Shown: positions 40,056-50,631 of the stretch, piece by piece
How positions within the stretch are numbered: position 1 is the stretch's first letter
How the letters are laid out: every line of letters starts with the position of its first letter
Assembly: GCA_008632985.1 (NCBI GenBank)
Contig: QPGO01000077.1
Coordinates: 248,001 to 312,000 of the forward strand
Reading direction: 5' to 3'
Source: Psammoneis japonica
Lineage: Eukaryota
Length of the DNA: 64,000 nucleotides
Program-made: the position numbers and the translations under genes
Notes under the pieces: generated by a model
The model's input: the letters and a program-made list of their open reading frames with translations, nothing else
The model's database searches: none
What the model was told of the DNA's origin: nothing

Positions 40056-42571
40056 CTACACTCTAGGAGCAAAACATAAATTCGCCTTCTCCACCCTAAC
40101 CATTCTTGCACAATTCTGGCTTCCCACAATGCGCTCTAAGGCATGAGAATCGTATTTTGTAAAGAGAGCAAGGCAACTCGTCGGTTGCTCGTAGTCTGTA
40201 GATTGTAACCCTTCATTTAGCATGTTGATCATGCCAGCATAATGCTCGGAGTGCTCCGGAACACCAAAGAATATTAAATGCCGTGCACCCTTGATGGCGT
40301 GTCGACTGAAAAAGTGGCATCGGCCAGTGTGCAGCATGATTGGCTTTCGGCCTGGAGGAATCGAGCACGGCCTCGACTCACCTCGGTGACGCGAGAGTAT
40401 TCAGAGACGCTGACGAACTCAGCCTCCTTTGTCAATAGCAAATTGCGTACCGAGACAAAGTCAAAATAAGAAGGAATAAATATAAGCGTGTGCTTCTGCT
40501 TGAGTCGCAAGATTTGAGGCAGCACGCGGTCTTCGAAATATTTGAGTCTGTCCTTTCCTTGCATAGTATAGGACGTGCATGGGACGCGTTGAAAGACCTG
40601 CTTGACCTTGACGAGAACGTCACAGAGTCCCGCTTCATCGGCAGGAACGGTCCGCTTGAGTTTGAAGCGACCGGCAATGCTCTTGGAGTGACGCTTAAAG
40701 GTGGAGAGAATGTAGGGATCGCTAATGCAAGAGTTCACAATGAGTTGTCTCCAATGGGCGGCTTGCCCCGCCAACAGGTAGTTGCGTACGCGCGAAAAGT
40801 CCGTGTCGTTGTTCTTCTTTGGTTGACGATTGAGGAAACCAAGCGTCTCATTGACGTGATCCCAATTCTGCATGAGCAAGACGTTTGCATGATCGACTAG
40901 GCAAATTTCAATGCTGGACAAAAAATCAACATCTTCCTCTTCTTCTTCCTCCTTGGGAGCAACAGCCATTTTCAGTCCAAGCGGGGAAGCAATGATAATG
41001 TCGCTGCGGTAGAAATCAGAAAAGAGTTTTACAGATACTCCACCTCCGCTGCCCTCTTTCTTTTTGGATGCAACGGCTGCGTTTGGAGTGATTGCGACAC
41101 CGAGTTTAAAGTCATCGTCCGTATTCACATCATCGCCAAAGAGTTCTTTCCACTCTTGTCCTTTCGACTCCAAGATTAGCTTGCGTCTTTGACGAGCAGC
41201 ATCGTCCTCGTCTTCTTCTTCTTCAGGCGGTGCGCCATATTCTTCGTTGAATCGTTCCAAACCATCAAAGTGAGCCGATTCACCAAGCAGTGCGGTTATT
41301 CTCTCGACCAACGCTAGACACGTTCCCTTGGTGGGTAAGAGAATCAACACTTTTGGTCGAGTGTACCCCTGATCACGAAATATCTCATTGTCATCTGGCT
41401 GGGCATCCTTTTCCCTGCTTGCTCCTTTAATTTTCGATTGTGGCGCTGAACGCGACTACGAGACGTCAGGACGTGATTTAAAATGTGCAATACAAACAAA
41501 TTGCCAACCGCGTTCCTGTTCTGTAGTGTGTAGGGAGGTAACAAGGCAGAAGTGAGTCAACCTAAATTCCTTAGTCCATATCATGGTATAACGCAATAGG
41601 CAAAGTTTACGCACCTCTCGCGTCTCTGACGTAATGAGCACGTCTTCGTAGGATGCTAGTGATGGATAGATTGTTTTTTGGAGGTCCGAGAATGCGTTCT
41701 TGCATGGCGAGTCTTGTGCACTGTCAATGTTTTTTCTCCTTGCCGATCCGTTAAATTTCTTCCAGCCTTGTCGAAGGATTTTTCGATTCCATTTAAACGA
41801 TTCGTCCGTCATGTTGAGCCACTTTTTGTGGACAGACGACAAGGCAATGTTGCGCTCGGGCTCGAGCAAAAAGCCGCTCGACCCGAGTTGTTCAAAGGTG
41901 CGTCCTGGCGAGAGCAACAACTCCAACGCGGGATCTAAATGACGGCTTGGTATCTTTCTGAATTCTGCTAGCGGCTTTAGGGCTTCTGCCAGTTTAGCAG
42001 GATCCTCGGGCAGCGGTTCTTTGTTGAAATGAAACGCAAAGGGGTCGACAGATCCTGAATTAGATTCATCGATCATTAAGTCATCGTCGTCTTTATCACT
42101 TTCAACGTCTTGAATTTCCACCTCGGACTCGTCACTTTCACCACCACTTTCTGATACAGATGGTTCTTCTTGCATGTATTCATCGTCGTCGTCATCTCTC
42201 TCGACGACTGTTCGCTTTGACGACTTTGATTCTTTGCGAATACTTTGCAACAGCTGACCAAGCGCGTTTTCGCTCCCCAAAGTTTCCTCTGCTTCCGAGT
42301 CACTCTCATCTGACGAGCTTTCTTCTTCTTCTTTTGAAATACGAGGATACGTCTCTTCCTCGGTCGTTGCCTCCTTTGACGCGTCAAGCACCCGCGATGA
42401 TGATTCTCTTGTTGTTCTCGAGCTAGTCAAGCGACTCTTTCCGCGTCGAATACGATTCTGTTGAACGAGATTTTCATCTACTTGTTCTCCCCATTGACGA
42501 TCCAGCTTGGCCTTGGCACGAGCCTTTTTGCCCTTGGGGCCCTTTTTCTTTTTCTCCGCTCTTTTCGCCAT
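40056..42571 (-). CDS. UTP25: U3 snoRNA-associated protein 25 / DIEXF (intron 41521-41614; apparent indels)
   Basis: Motifs DDFKLG, LFSDFYRSDIIIASPLGL, DFLSSIEI, MQNWDHV, DFSRVR, IFIPSYFDFVSVRN and SRGRARF. Confidence 0.92.
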
Positions 42572-42732
42572 GTTGTTACACTGTTGTGATCAACTTCTTG
42601 TGATTTCGATTTTCGCTCGCTCGGATGGAGATCAAACACCGCGTCTGGACGGCATCCGTTAAGATCGCGCGCTGCCGACGCGCGTCGGCCGCTGTCAAAT
42701 ATTTTCAAAAGAACGAATCACAAAACATCACC

Positions 42733-43641
42733 ATGACGACGGAACTGACTGCATTCTACCTCAAAAGGCTTGGTCTCGCTGACGCCGAGCTGGACGAGGA
42801 CGCTACCGTTTCCAAGCTTTCAACCGTTGTGGAAGCTCATTTAAATAAAATACCCTTTGAAAATCTGGCACAACACGGTGCTGTAGGTGGACCGGTCGTG
42901 TTGGATGTTCCCACCATAAAAGACAAGATTCTTGTGCGGAAACGGGGAGGTTTTTGTCTCGAGCTGAATGGACTCTTTGCAGAGCTCTTGATAGAATGGG
43001 GCTATGAGGTCAAGAGAATTCCTGCTCACGTCTTTGTCAATGGCTGCTTTTCGGACGACCAACCAGCGAGTCACGTCGTGTTGCTTGTGGATGTGCCTGA
43101 ATCCAAATCCGAATCGGAAAGCTCAACGTGGTTTGTCGATGTTGGCTTTGGAGAACCATCCATTCAACCACTCTTTTACGAGGTTGGTGGAATGGAACAA
43201 GAAACGCCGGAAGGAATGATTTCTCGGTTTGTTCACGACGGACCGTTCGTTGTGCTCGAGTGGTTTGTACACGCTCAAGAGACTTGGAAACCGCGTCTCC
43301 GGTGGGAGGCAGACATGGTGGAGAAAGGAGGAGTTGATCCACAGTACTTCCAAAAAGCGCTTGACCATGTCTATCAAGATGAGAGTGCTTTTTCGCAAAA
43401 GATAATTGTGTGTCGCTTGACACGAACGGAGAAGCTATCCTTGGCGGGCTGCAGTCTCAAGCGAACGGGCCCGCCGCGGTTTGGTAAGGACCCGCCCCCA
43501 ACCACAATCACGACGCTTGATTCCATTACACAAGTGAAGACTGTGTTCTGGGAGGAGTTTGGAATGCCAATAGAAGAAACGGAGGGACTCGACTTGACCA
43601 AATCCTTGCAAGCGCCGTCAGCGCTTTGGACACAGATGTAG
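42733..43641 (+). CDS. Arylamine N-acetyltransferase family protein
   Basis: IPFENL, RKRGGFCLELN (Cys), SHVVLLV (His) and FVDVGFG (Asp) give the catalytic triad. Confidence 0.92.
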   Translation: MTTELTAFYLKRLGLADAELDEDATVSKLSTVVEAHLNKIPFENLAQHGAVGGPVVLDVPTIKDKILVRKRGGFCLELNGLFAELLIEWGYEVKRIPAHVFVNGCFSDDQPASHVVLLVDVPESKSESESSTWFVDVGFGEPSIQPLFYEVGGMEQETPEGMISRFVHDGPFVVLEWFVHAQETWKPRLRWEADMVEKGGVDPQYFQKALDHVYQDESAFSQKIIVCRLTRTEKLSLAGCSLKRTGPPRFGKDPPPTTITTLDSITQVKTVFWEEFGMPIEETEGLDLTKSLQAPSALWTQM

Positions 43642-43808
43642 CTCGCCGGAGAGGAAACAAAGGAGGAAGCATGTCACTCGCCTTTCGCCAACAATGCAAA
43701 GATACCAACCTTTATGCTACATTTGACGGGTGGGAGAAAAAGTATACAAAACCATGGAAAATGTGTAACTTCCAGCCTACAAAGCTGCCTACTAATCAAA
43801 AATCTGAT

Positions 43809-44885
43809 TCATGGTTCGTCGTCATCAGTGTCACTACTCTCGCTGTAACCGGGTTGGTATGGATTACAAAGAGGGCATGAAATGCTCTCGTCATCGTCTG
43901 CTTCTACATCATAATCAACAATTCTGGGATCACAGTCTTGGCAAAAAACGTGGCGCTCGTCTGCGCCACACTGGTACCAACACAATTCGCTGTCCTCTTT
44001 GCAGTTGTTGCATTGGATATTTTCACACAGCTCATGATTCGTACATGTTTGAAAGCAACATCCATTATAATAATCATGATCATACGTGAGCTCGCATGCC
44101 CTGCATCCACACGTCGCACAGGTGTAGTATTCGTACACGACGTTATTCGAATATCGGCATTCATGACACTGATGCTTTTCACACACGTGACAAATCATGC
44201 CCTCCGCACAACACTCGCAGTATCGTGCTTTGTGACGATCCGGTCTGGCGCAAATCGCATGGTATTCCTCCTCTGAACCTGCCGCAAAACGGCATTCCAC
44301 GCAGCTTGGATATTCTCCGCACTCTGTGCAAATTTTCACTTGAGCTTCCACCAAAGGATCAGTGCGGAGTATATCAGCTATTTCATACCGTTCATGGATC
44401 AACGCCTTATCCAAAAGACCCTTGACAGTTGCATCGTCGTGCTTGTTCTGATCAAGCAGTCGCCGCATCATGAATTCATCTTTGTACTCGATTGCAAACA
44501 AGAAGAACTCTTTAAGCAAAAGACCCTCCAGAGTAGGATTTTCCAACAGATTATTTGAGAATTGCTCTCGATCGACTTGCTTATAGAGCCGCTCAATGTT
44601 CTCGGAAATCTGCACGTGGTGGTAAACTCCAAATAATTCCCTAGTAAGGATGCAGTTTCGAACTAGAAACTGCCAGTCTATCTCACGGCAAAAGTACCGA
44701 CAGGTTAGTTGGAGAGACGTAATTCTCTCGTTTGCTTCTAGGAAGCTATAAACATGCACGAGAATATCTTTGGTTAAAGTCATGGCTGGAGGCATGTCAT
44801 CATCCGTTTTGAACCGAAAACTACGAGAAGGAGCTTCCGACGGATCATCCTCATCAGTGGCCTTTCTCTTCTTCGCCGAAGACAT
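43809..44885 (-). CDS. F-box protein with Cys-rich (CxxC) C-terminus, copy A
   Basis: LTKDILVHVYSFL...LQLTCRYF F-box pattern and many CxxC pairs. Paralog at 59137-60393. Confidence 0.7.
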   Translation of the reverse strand: MSSAKKRKATDEDDPSEAPSRSFRFKTDDDMPPAMTLTKDILVHVYSFLEANERITSLQLTCRYFCREIDWQFLVRNCILTRELFGVYHHVQISENIERLYKQVDREQFSNNLLENPTLEGLLLKEFFLFAIEYKDEFMMRRLLDQNKHDDATVKGLLDKALIHERYEIADILRTDPLVEAQVKICTECGEYPSCVECRFAAGSEEEYHAICARPDRHKARYCECCAEGMICHVCEKHQCHECRYSNNVVYEYYTCATCGCRACELTYDHDYYNGCCFQTCTNHELCENIQCNNCKEDSELCWYQCGADERHVFCQDCDPRIVDYDVEADDDESISCPLCNPYQPGYSESSDTDDDEP

Positions 44886-44963
44886 TTTCGTTTTTATATC
44901 AAAAGGGAAATCCCGGTAGTAAATCGTTATTATCTTCTTCGAGACAAACTATTTGTCACTATA

Positions 44964-47900
44964 CAATGGCTATCCAGCAGTTCCTCACATCCAGCCACGG
45001 TTACATAATAAGTAGGATTTGTACAGTAGAATTCGTTGAAACATACTGTACGACGTCAGCAAGAACATGTGTCTGGTATGCATCCTACATAATATATACA
45101 GTACATACTACCGTAGGGCTATTGTCAGTACATGCATTACGAGACGACATGATTCACAAGTGGGATGAAAGGAACGTGCCGATCATGAGGATACACTGCA
45201 ACAACACACATCTGTTACACTTGGCAGTAGATCGAGATATGAGGCGTCATAGTCGTACAAACGTCGTATAGTCGTAGTGGGTAGAACCGACTTCAACTAC
45301 GAGATACATCATCGCACATTGAACTTCCACAAGACATCGTTCCCGCTGACGTTCACAACCTCACCGGTGTGATGCCGCTGCTGTTAGCAGCACATCCCAA
45401 TGTAGAGCGCACGAGCGAACGATGACGTGTCAAGCAAATCGAGACGAGCGATCTACAACGTGTCGGGTCCGTCAATCATGCACGGAAGTTTGCTTCAACC
45501 CTCATTTTTCATGAGATCTGAACTTTTGCAAAGGAAGACTCTCCAGCCATCTCGACACAAAGCATCGCCAGTTGCAGCTGAGACAACATCTGCGGGGACC
45601 AGAACACACTGGTCGCAGAGTCTGCAGAGACCGGGAAACACCGGTTGCAGATTTGTCATGTCGCATTCATTGTCATTCATTGCACTCTTGACACACTGAA
45701 GATTCACTGCACACACTCGTCTGCTGAGTCCAGAAAACACTGGAAGTGGACCCTGCAGTGACTGGGAACACCAGTTGCAGGTCGGATTGTCTGCCATCCA
45801 TTGATCACATTGACTTTACTCAGATTGTTCTCATTGCAAGTCTCATGGGTCGTTGTGTCATCTGGTGTGCACCCATTGCTGCGTTGTTGGCTCAACTCAT
45901 CTTTGCGCAGTGTGAGCCTGCCGTTGCAAGCTGTCTCATGGATGACAGCAACACCAGGCACCGAGACAACACAAACAGACGTTTTGAGAAGCTTCATTGC
46001 AGGAATGGAAACGAGTGCGTCCCTTGGGTTTGTTTGGTGTGTGACAGATTGTCAAAACTGTCTCAGACCACTCGACTTTCTGTCAACAAATTGAAAGAAG
46101 CCAGACACCTGTTAACTCCATCTGAATGGAACCAAGTGTCGGAAGACCTGCACGATTGTTGTTGCATCGATGACGACCACATTCCACGGGATTGCCGATG
46201 GATTTCCGACCTGTTGCTTTCGCCAAGAGCTCGACATGTTGTTCCGAACGACAACAGAAGGTCTGAAGGATTCACTTGTTGCAGGCCTTGTAAAAGGAGT
46301 CTCTGCACTGCTTCCATGCCTCCACATGCAACAGCAAACAATTGCTGTTTTGGAACACCACCACCTGAATTATCGTGTCTTGCCGAAGCAGAACCAGCTT
46401 CATTGACACCTGTGAAAACATGTGGCTGCTGCTTCAGTTTTGTCAGTGGCAAACAGAAGAAACCACAAGGCAGTCTTTCCCATTGCAAGATAAACATGAA
46501 GAGCATCGCCCGCACCATTGTGCACTTTGACGTGTTGAACCTTCATCAAAATGTGGTTGTGTTGGCATCCGGCAAAATGACACCAGAGCAAAGGCGAACG
46601 GCCAGACAAAAGAACAAAATCAGGACTCACTGTGTAATGAGAGCACTGGAATGGCTTGTCCATCACCACGAGAATTGGATGAATCAAGACATCGATCTAG
46701 AGGAAGTGCGAAGCAATTTACAGAATCCAGTTTTAGTGGACAACAGCAGCCCAGACGAAAGCGAAAATGCAAACATTGAAACCACGGAGTCCCACAGTGT
46801 TTGTTTCCCCGATGGTGCCGTTTCTTCAACAACTGGTGGACAACGTAATTTAGACAGCTTCAAAGACTTGGTGCACGATGCAGCTGCAAGCGGTTTTGAC
46901 ATTGAATTCAAAGCTGATCTTTTGAAAGAATCAGTCAGTGACTTTAAGGATGACAACCTGGCAAATGCTTGCTTGCTGCAATTTCCTTGTGGGCGTGGCG
47001 GCATTGATGAAACAAGAATGAAAGAAGACGGGAGTCTCGCCGACTGTGCAAATCTAGCACATTGCGCAGATCACTTGGCCCGCATTTCTCAGCCCCATTT
47101 CCACAAGCAACTCTTTGTTCTGACCCTGTGCAATCTGACTGTGAAGCAACGAATGGTGCACAGTGCTGGATGGAAAGCAAGAGACAAAAATCAAGCCAGA
47201 CAATTCTCAAATGAACTGACACAAGACGACGTCGACCGTGCCACATGTGACAGACAGACTGGTGAACGCAGGAATTACGCATTGGGACATCGTTTCTTAA
47301 GTGCAGTGGATGTGGTGTCGGCATCTATTCCATGTGCAAATGAAGCAGCAAAAAAAATGAGAAGAAATGCTGAAACCTGCCAACACCACTTTGGACAACC
47401 TGGAGTGTTTTTGACGACAAGCCCCGATGATGCCAACTCCTTTTTAGTTCAAATTTGTGCGGACATGCTCATCGACAAAGGCAGAGATGTGACAGAAATG
47501 TCGGATGAAGAATTGGCAGAAAAGGCTAAGGCAAGAAACGAGCTTCGTGTGGAGCACCCAGGTGTCACGGCTTTTGCACTCGAAATGTCATTGGAAATCG
47601 TCATAGAAGAAGTGACAGGATGGGACTTAAAAAGGAATTCACCCAGAGAAGATTTTGAATTCTACGTGGGGAGACCCTCCGCTTTCATAGCTGCAATGGA
47701 AGAACAAGGTAGACTCTCGGCACACGGTCACATTCAGGCATGGTTTGAAGACACAAACACAGCAAGAGACAATCTGCATTCTGACAACAGAGATTTTAGG
47801 CGTGATGGTAAAAGAACACTGTCCAAACTGACCAGTCGGATCTGCACAACTGGGTTGACATGCAGCGAGGATTGCACTCGACTGTCCATCATAGAGACTT

Positions 47901-49324
47901 TTGATCATGATTGCACTGTTAATCTTGCCTGTTGCACTGTGCCTAAAACAGTCAGTAATCAGCAGCTTCGATGCCCAAGGCACAAGCACGGTCAGAAATC
48001 AAAAAACGGCATGTTCGCGCATTGCCCTCATTGTGCTAAATGCTGGACAAACCCAGAGTTTGTGGCATGTCATTTGTTGAGTAACAACCGCGTCCCTGGT
48101 CTGACTGCTTGTCCAGACAACACAACAAAGAGACTTAAAGCCATGTGTGTTCAGTGTCAACAATCCGATGAGAATGGGACAATCGAACCATGTGTTCCAG
48201 ATGCTGCATGCAGCCATCACATGCATGCTAACATCGCTTGTTTTTCTAAGCTGAAACAATTTCCAAAAAACAGAAAAAATTCCGAGAATGAAATGACCAC
48301 TGGCAGAAGCGCGCGCAAGCGTAAATTGCACGAGATGCAAAATGCCGATTGCCGTTTCAATCTCCCCGCCGCACACAGTAAAACAAAAGCATCGATCCAC
48401 CCACCTTTTCGCTCAAGCCTGAGTCTTCCACTTTCAAAGCCTGTCCAAAGGACCCAACCCAACAGATGACAGCTGAAAAAAAAGAGAAACACATGCTCAG
48501 ACTGAAAGTGACCCAATTGCCATTCATGACAAACAATGCGACTGCAGGACACAAGCTTCAAGGAAGCGGTGTCGACAATGTGTTTGTACATGGCTGGAGC
48601 TGTGCACAAAACTGGGCATGTGTCATGCTCTCCAGGGTTAAGACCAGAAATGGTCTGTGTCTTCGGCAACCGCTGAAGAGAGATTTAAGTCTACACAGAC
48701 TGCCGGATGGGCACAACGCCCTGCTCCGGTTGATGGAAGGAAAAAGTGTCACACACTTCACCAACGAACAGTGTGATGACATTTTGCAGTCCAATTAACA
48801 CATGGAACATTTTGATGCTGCATGTGGGAATTGTTTCTACATTTTGGAAAATGTTCCAAGCTTTGCACGCGGGCTTGCAGGTGTGCCCGGCAACAACCGA
48901 TAGAAAACAAAGGGTCCAATCTAACAAATCGATGTTAGCACATTGTTGCAATGACAGACACACTCAGCAACCAGTGATGCACAACGTCAGGACAGTTCTC
49001 TTGTCATCTGCTATAGAACGATCGCACCAGAATTGTCAAAAAGGGGAAACCCACGTCTCTTCTTACAATGCATCCACACACGAATGCAAGAATTAAATCG
49101 CCATTTTTTGACACAATGTTAAAACATAAACATGGAATTACGTCGCACATTAACCAATTGCGAACCCATCATTTAAGCGTGAGAATTTTTTAAAAAAATG
49201 ATTGGTGGCAAGCAAAGATCAAAGCTCTAAAATTTGATGCTCGCGCGCATGGCAATCCAAACCAGCCCGGGTTCCACACCTCCTCACTTCGTGTCCAGAG
49301 TTCCTGCCACAAAGGAGGAACCAA
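44964..49324 (+). mobile_element. Internally deleted Helitron-like element
   Basis: Absent from the duplicate copy (empty site cactaTAgcaact near 60470). Encodes a Rep/helicase relic. Has a 3' hairpin gttcct-N10-aggaac just before the end. Confidence 0.85.
45746..48798 (+). pseudogene. Helitron RepHel relic (DUF6570-like region, HUH Rep and PIF1 C-terminus; helicase core deleted)
   Basis: Motifs LQFPCGRGG, FGQPGVFLTTSPDD (motif 1), EEQGRLSAHGHIQAW (HUH), CRFNLP, and QLPF...ATAGHKLQG...ACVMLSRVKT (PIF1 motifs V/VI). Confidence 0.85.
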
Positions 49325-49790
49325 TGGCAACTTCCGTGGCGATGGGACGCAGGAAGCTTGCTTGTGACAGACACCAGCAGTGGGAGTGTTGCGAGTTTTG
49401 TTGGTTGCACAGCAGTTGCGAATGGCAGCACGAAACCCGGAAAATGTTGCACGGATTCCATCATTGCGACTGTGATTCTGCTCTAATCTGAAATCTAGCT
49501 CTGGCTGGTCTCTAGAGTTGCGCTTGGAGCCCAGTCAAGAAGGAACAAAATGACTCGTCGCTGGGACCCACCCAAAATAGAAGTGTGTGATGAGCCATTT
49601 GAATGGCTGAAACTGATTCAAAGAAATGCTTGTGTTTGGCCAAAGAAAGTCAACTGATCGACAATGAACTCTAACTGCATGTAACGCGCCGTGTTTGTCA
49701 CATCCACCATGCCTGCACACACGGAACAATCACCTTCATTGTCAATCACAAGGTGTCTGTCCCATCACACGCATGCTCTTGAGCTCGATG

Positions 49791-50306
49791 TTACATCATG
49801 ATGAAGAAGGATCCAAAACCCAAAAGGACAGCAGCTGGCACATGGTGAGTGCGGACAGCGCCAACTCCGGAAGCATCCAAGCATGAGTGGGAAACTCCAG
49901 ATCCAGGACCACAAACATCCGGACGGGAACACCAGGCACCACACTGCTGAGCACAACGAATGGGGTTTGGAGGGGTCACGCTCAGATTAGGGCAACTGGG
50001 ACATTTGCACGAGGAAGCGTCATCGCAGATCTGATCCAATGTCGGAAGCGTTGTTGGAGGAGTGCAACAATCGAATTGCGAGCCCGCACTGTTCCCGCAA
50101 TTTTCGACGCAATGCGCATTGCATTCGACACTGTTATCACTGTCAGTGAATGGCTCGACAACTTTCGTCACATCGCAGACCTCTTCTGAACTGTCAGAAG
50201 AACAGAAACATGTTGTGGCAAATCCACTTCCATTGTCGGAACAGTTCTGTCCCTTGACATCGACAAAGAATGCAGAGAGCAACGACAAAGCAACAACGAT
50301 CTTCAT
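49791..50306 (-). CDS. Small Cys-rich secreted, possibly GPI-anchored protein, copy A (hypermutated, Tyr-free)
   Basis: Signal peptide and hydrophobic C-terminus. Close paralog of 60936-61454 with all four Tyr changed to His or Cys. Confidence 0.7.
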   Translation of the reverse strand: MKIVVALSLLSAFFVDVKGQNCSDNGSGFATTCFCSSDSSEEVCDVTKVVEPFTDSDNSVECNAHCVENCGNSAGSQFDCCTPPTTLPTLDQICDDASSCKCPSCPNLSVTPPNPIRCAQQCGAWCSRPDVCGPGSGVSHSCLDASGVGAVRTHHVPAAVLLGFGSFFIMM

Positions 50307-50631
50307 GGTCAACTTCTTTGGATGCTGCCGAAGTAACAGGTGTCAAGTAAACAGCTCAGAACTGCCAAGTCAGAAAAAGTGTATGTCTTTGATGAGCAAC
50401 TTTGAGATGGTGAGCGCGATCTTTTCACTCGCGCGAGAGATCAAGATGGCGGGAAATATTCACAGGGCAATACATATATTCAATTATGGGGTTGTTGTTA
50501 TAAAGAACGTCACAAGTTGAAGTTGTCAACGACAAGGCAATTTGAGTTTTCGAAAAATTCGATCTTGCTTCATGCAAAGGTTTTCTATGTAAGGTTCACT
50601 TTTGCGGTTCGCCCTCGCCACAACAACAACA

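Noticed and set aside
26239..42571. Frameshifts in VPS35, ATP synthase b, ClpR, UTP25 and others as programmed frameshifting, RNA editing or pseudogenisation
   Set aside because: They are scattered single-base losses in essential genes, often in short runs (aaggtttggcc for aag gtt ttg gcc; tggccgagg for tgg ccc gag). This is typical of consensus errors. Such indel errors would not explain the regional, context-specific TA substitutions.
45400..50420. Classical RIP or 5mC deamination as the explanation
   Set aside because: Both are C to T. RIP would increase TpA, and CpGs here are largely retained.
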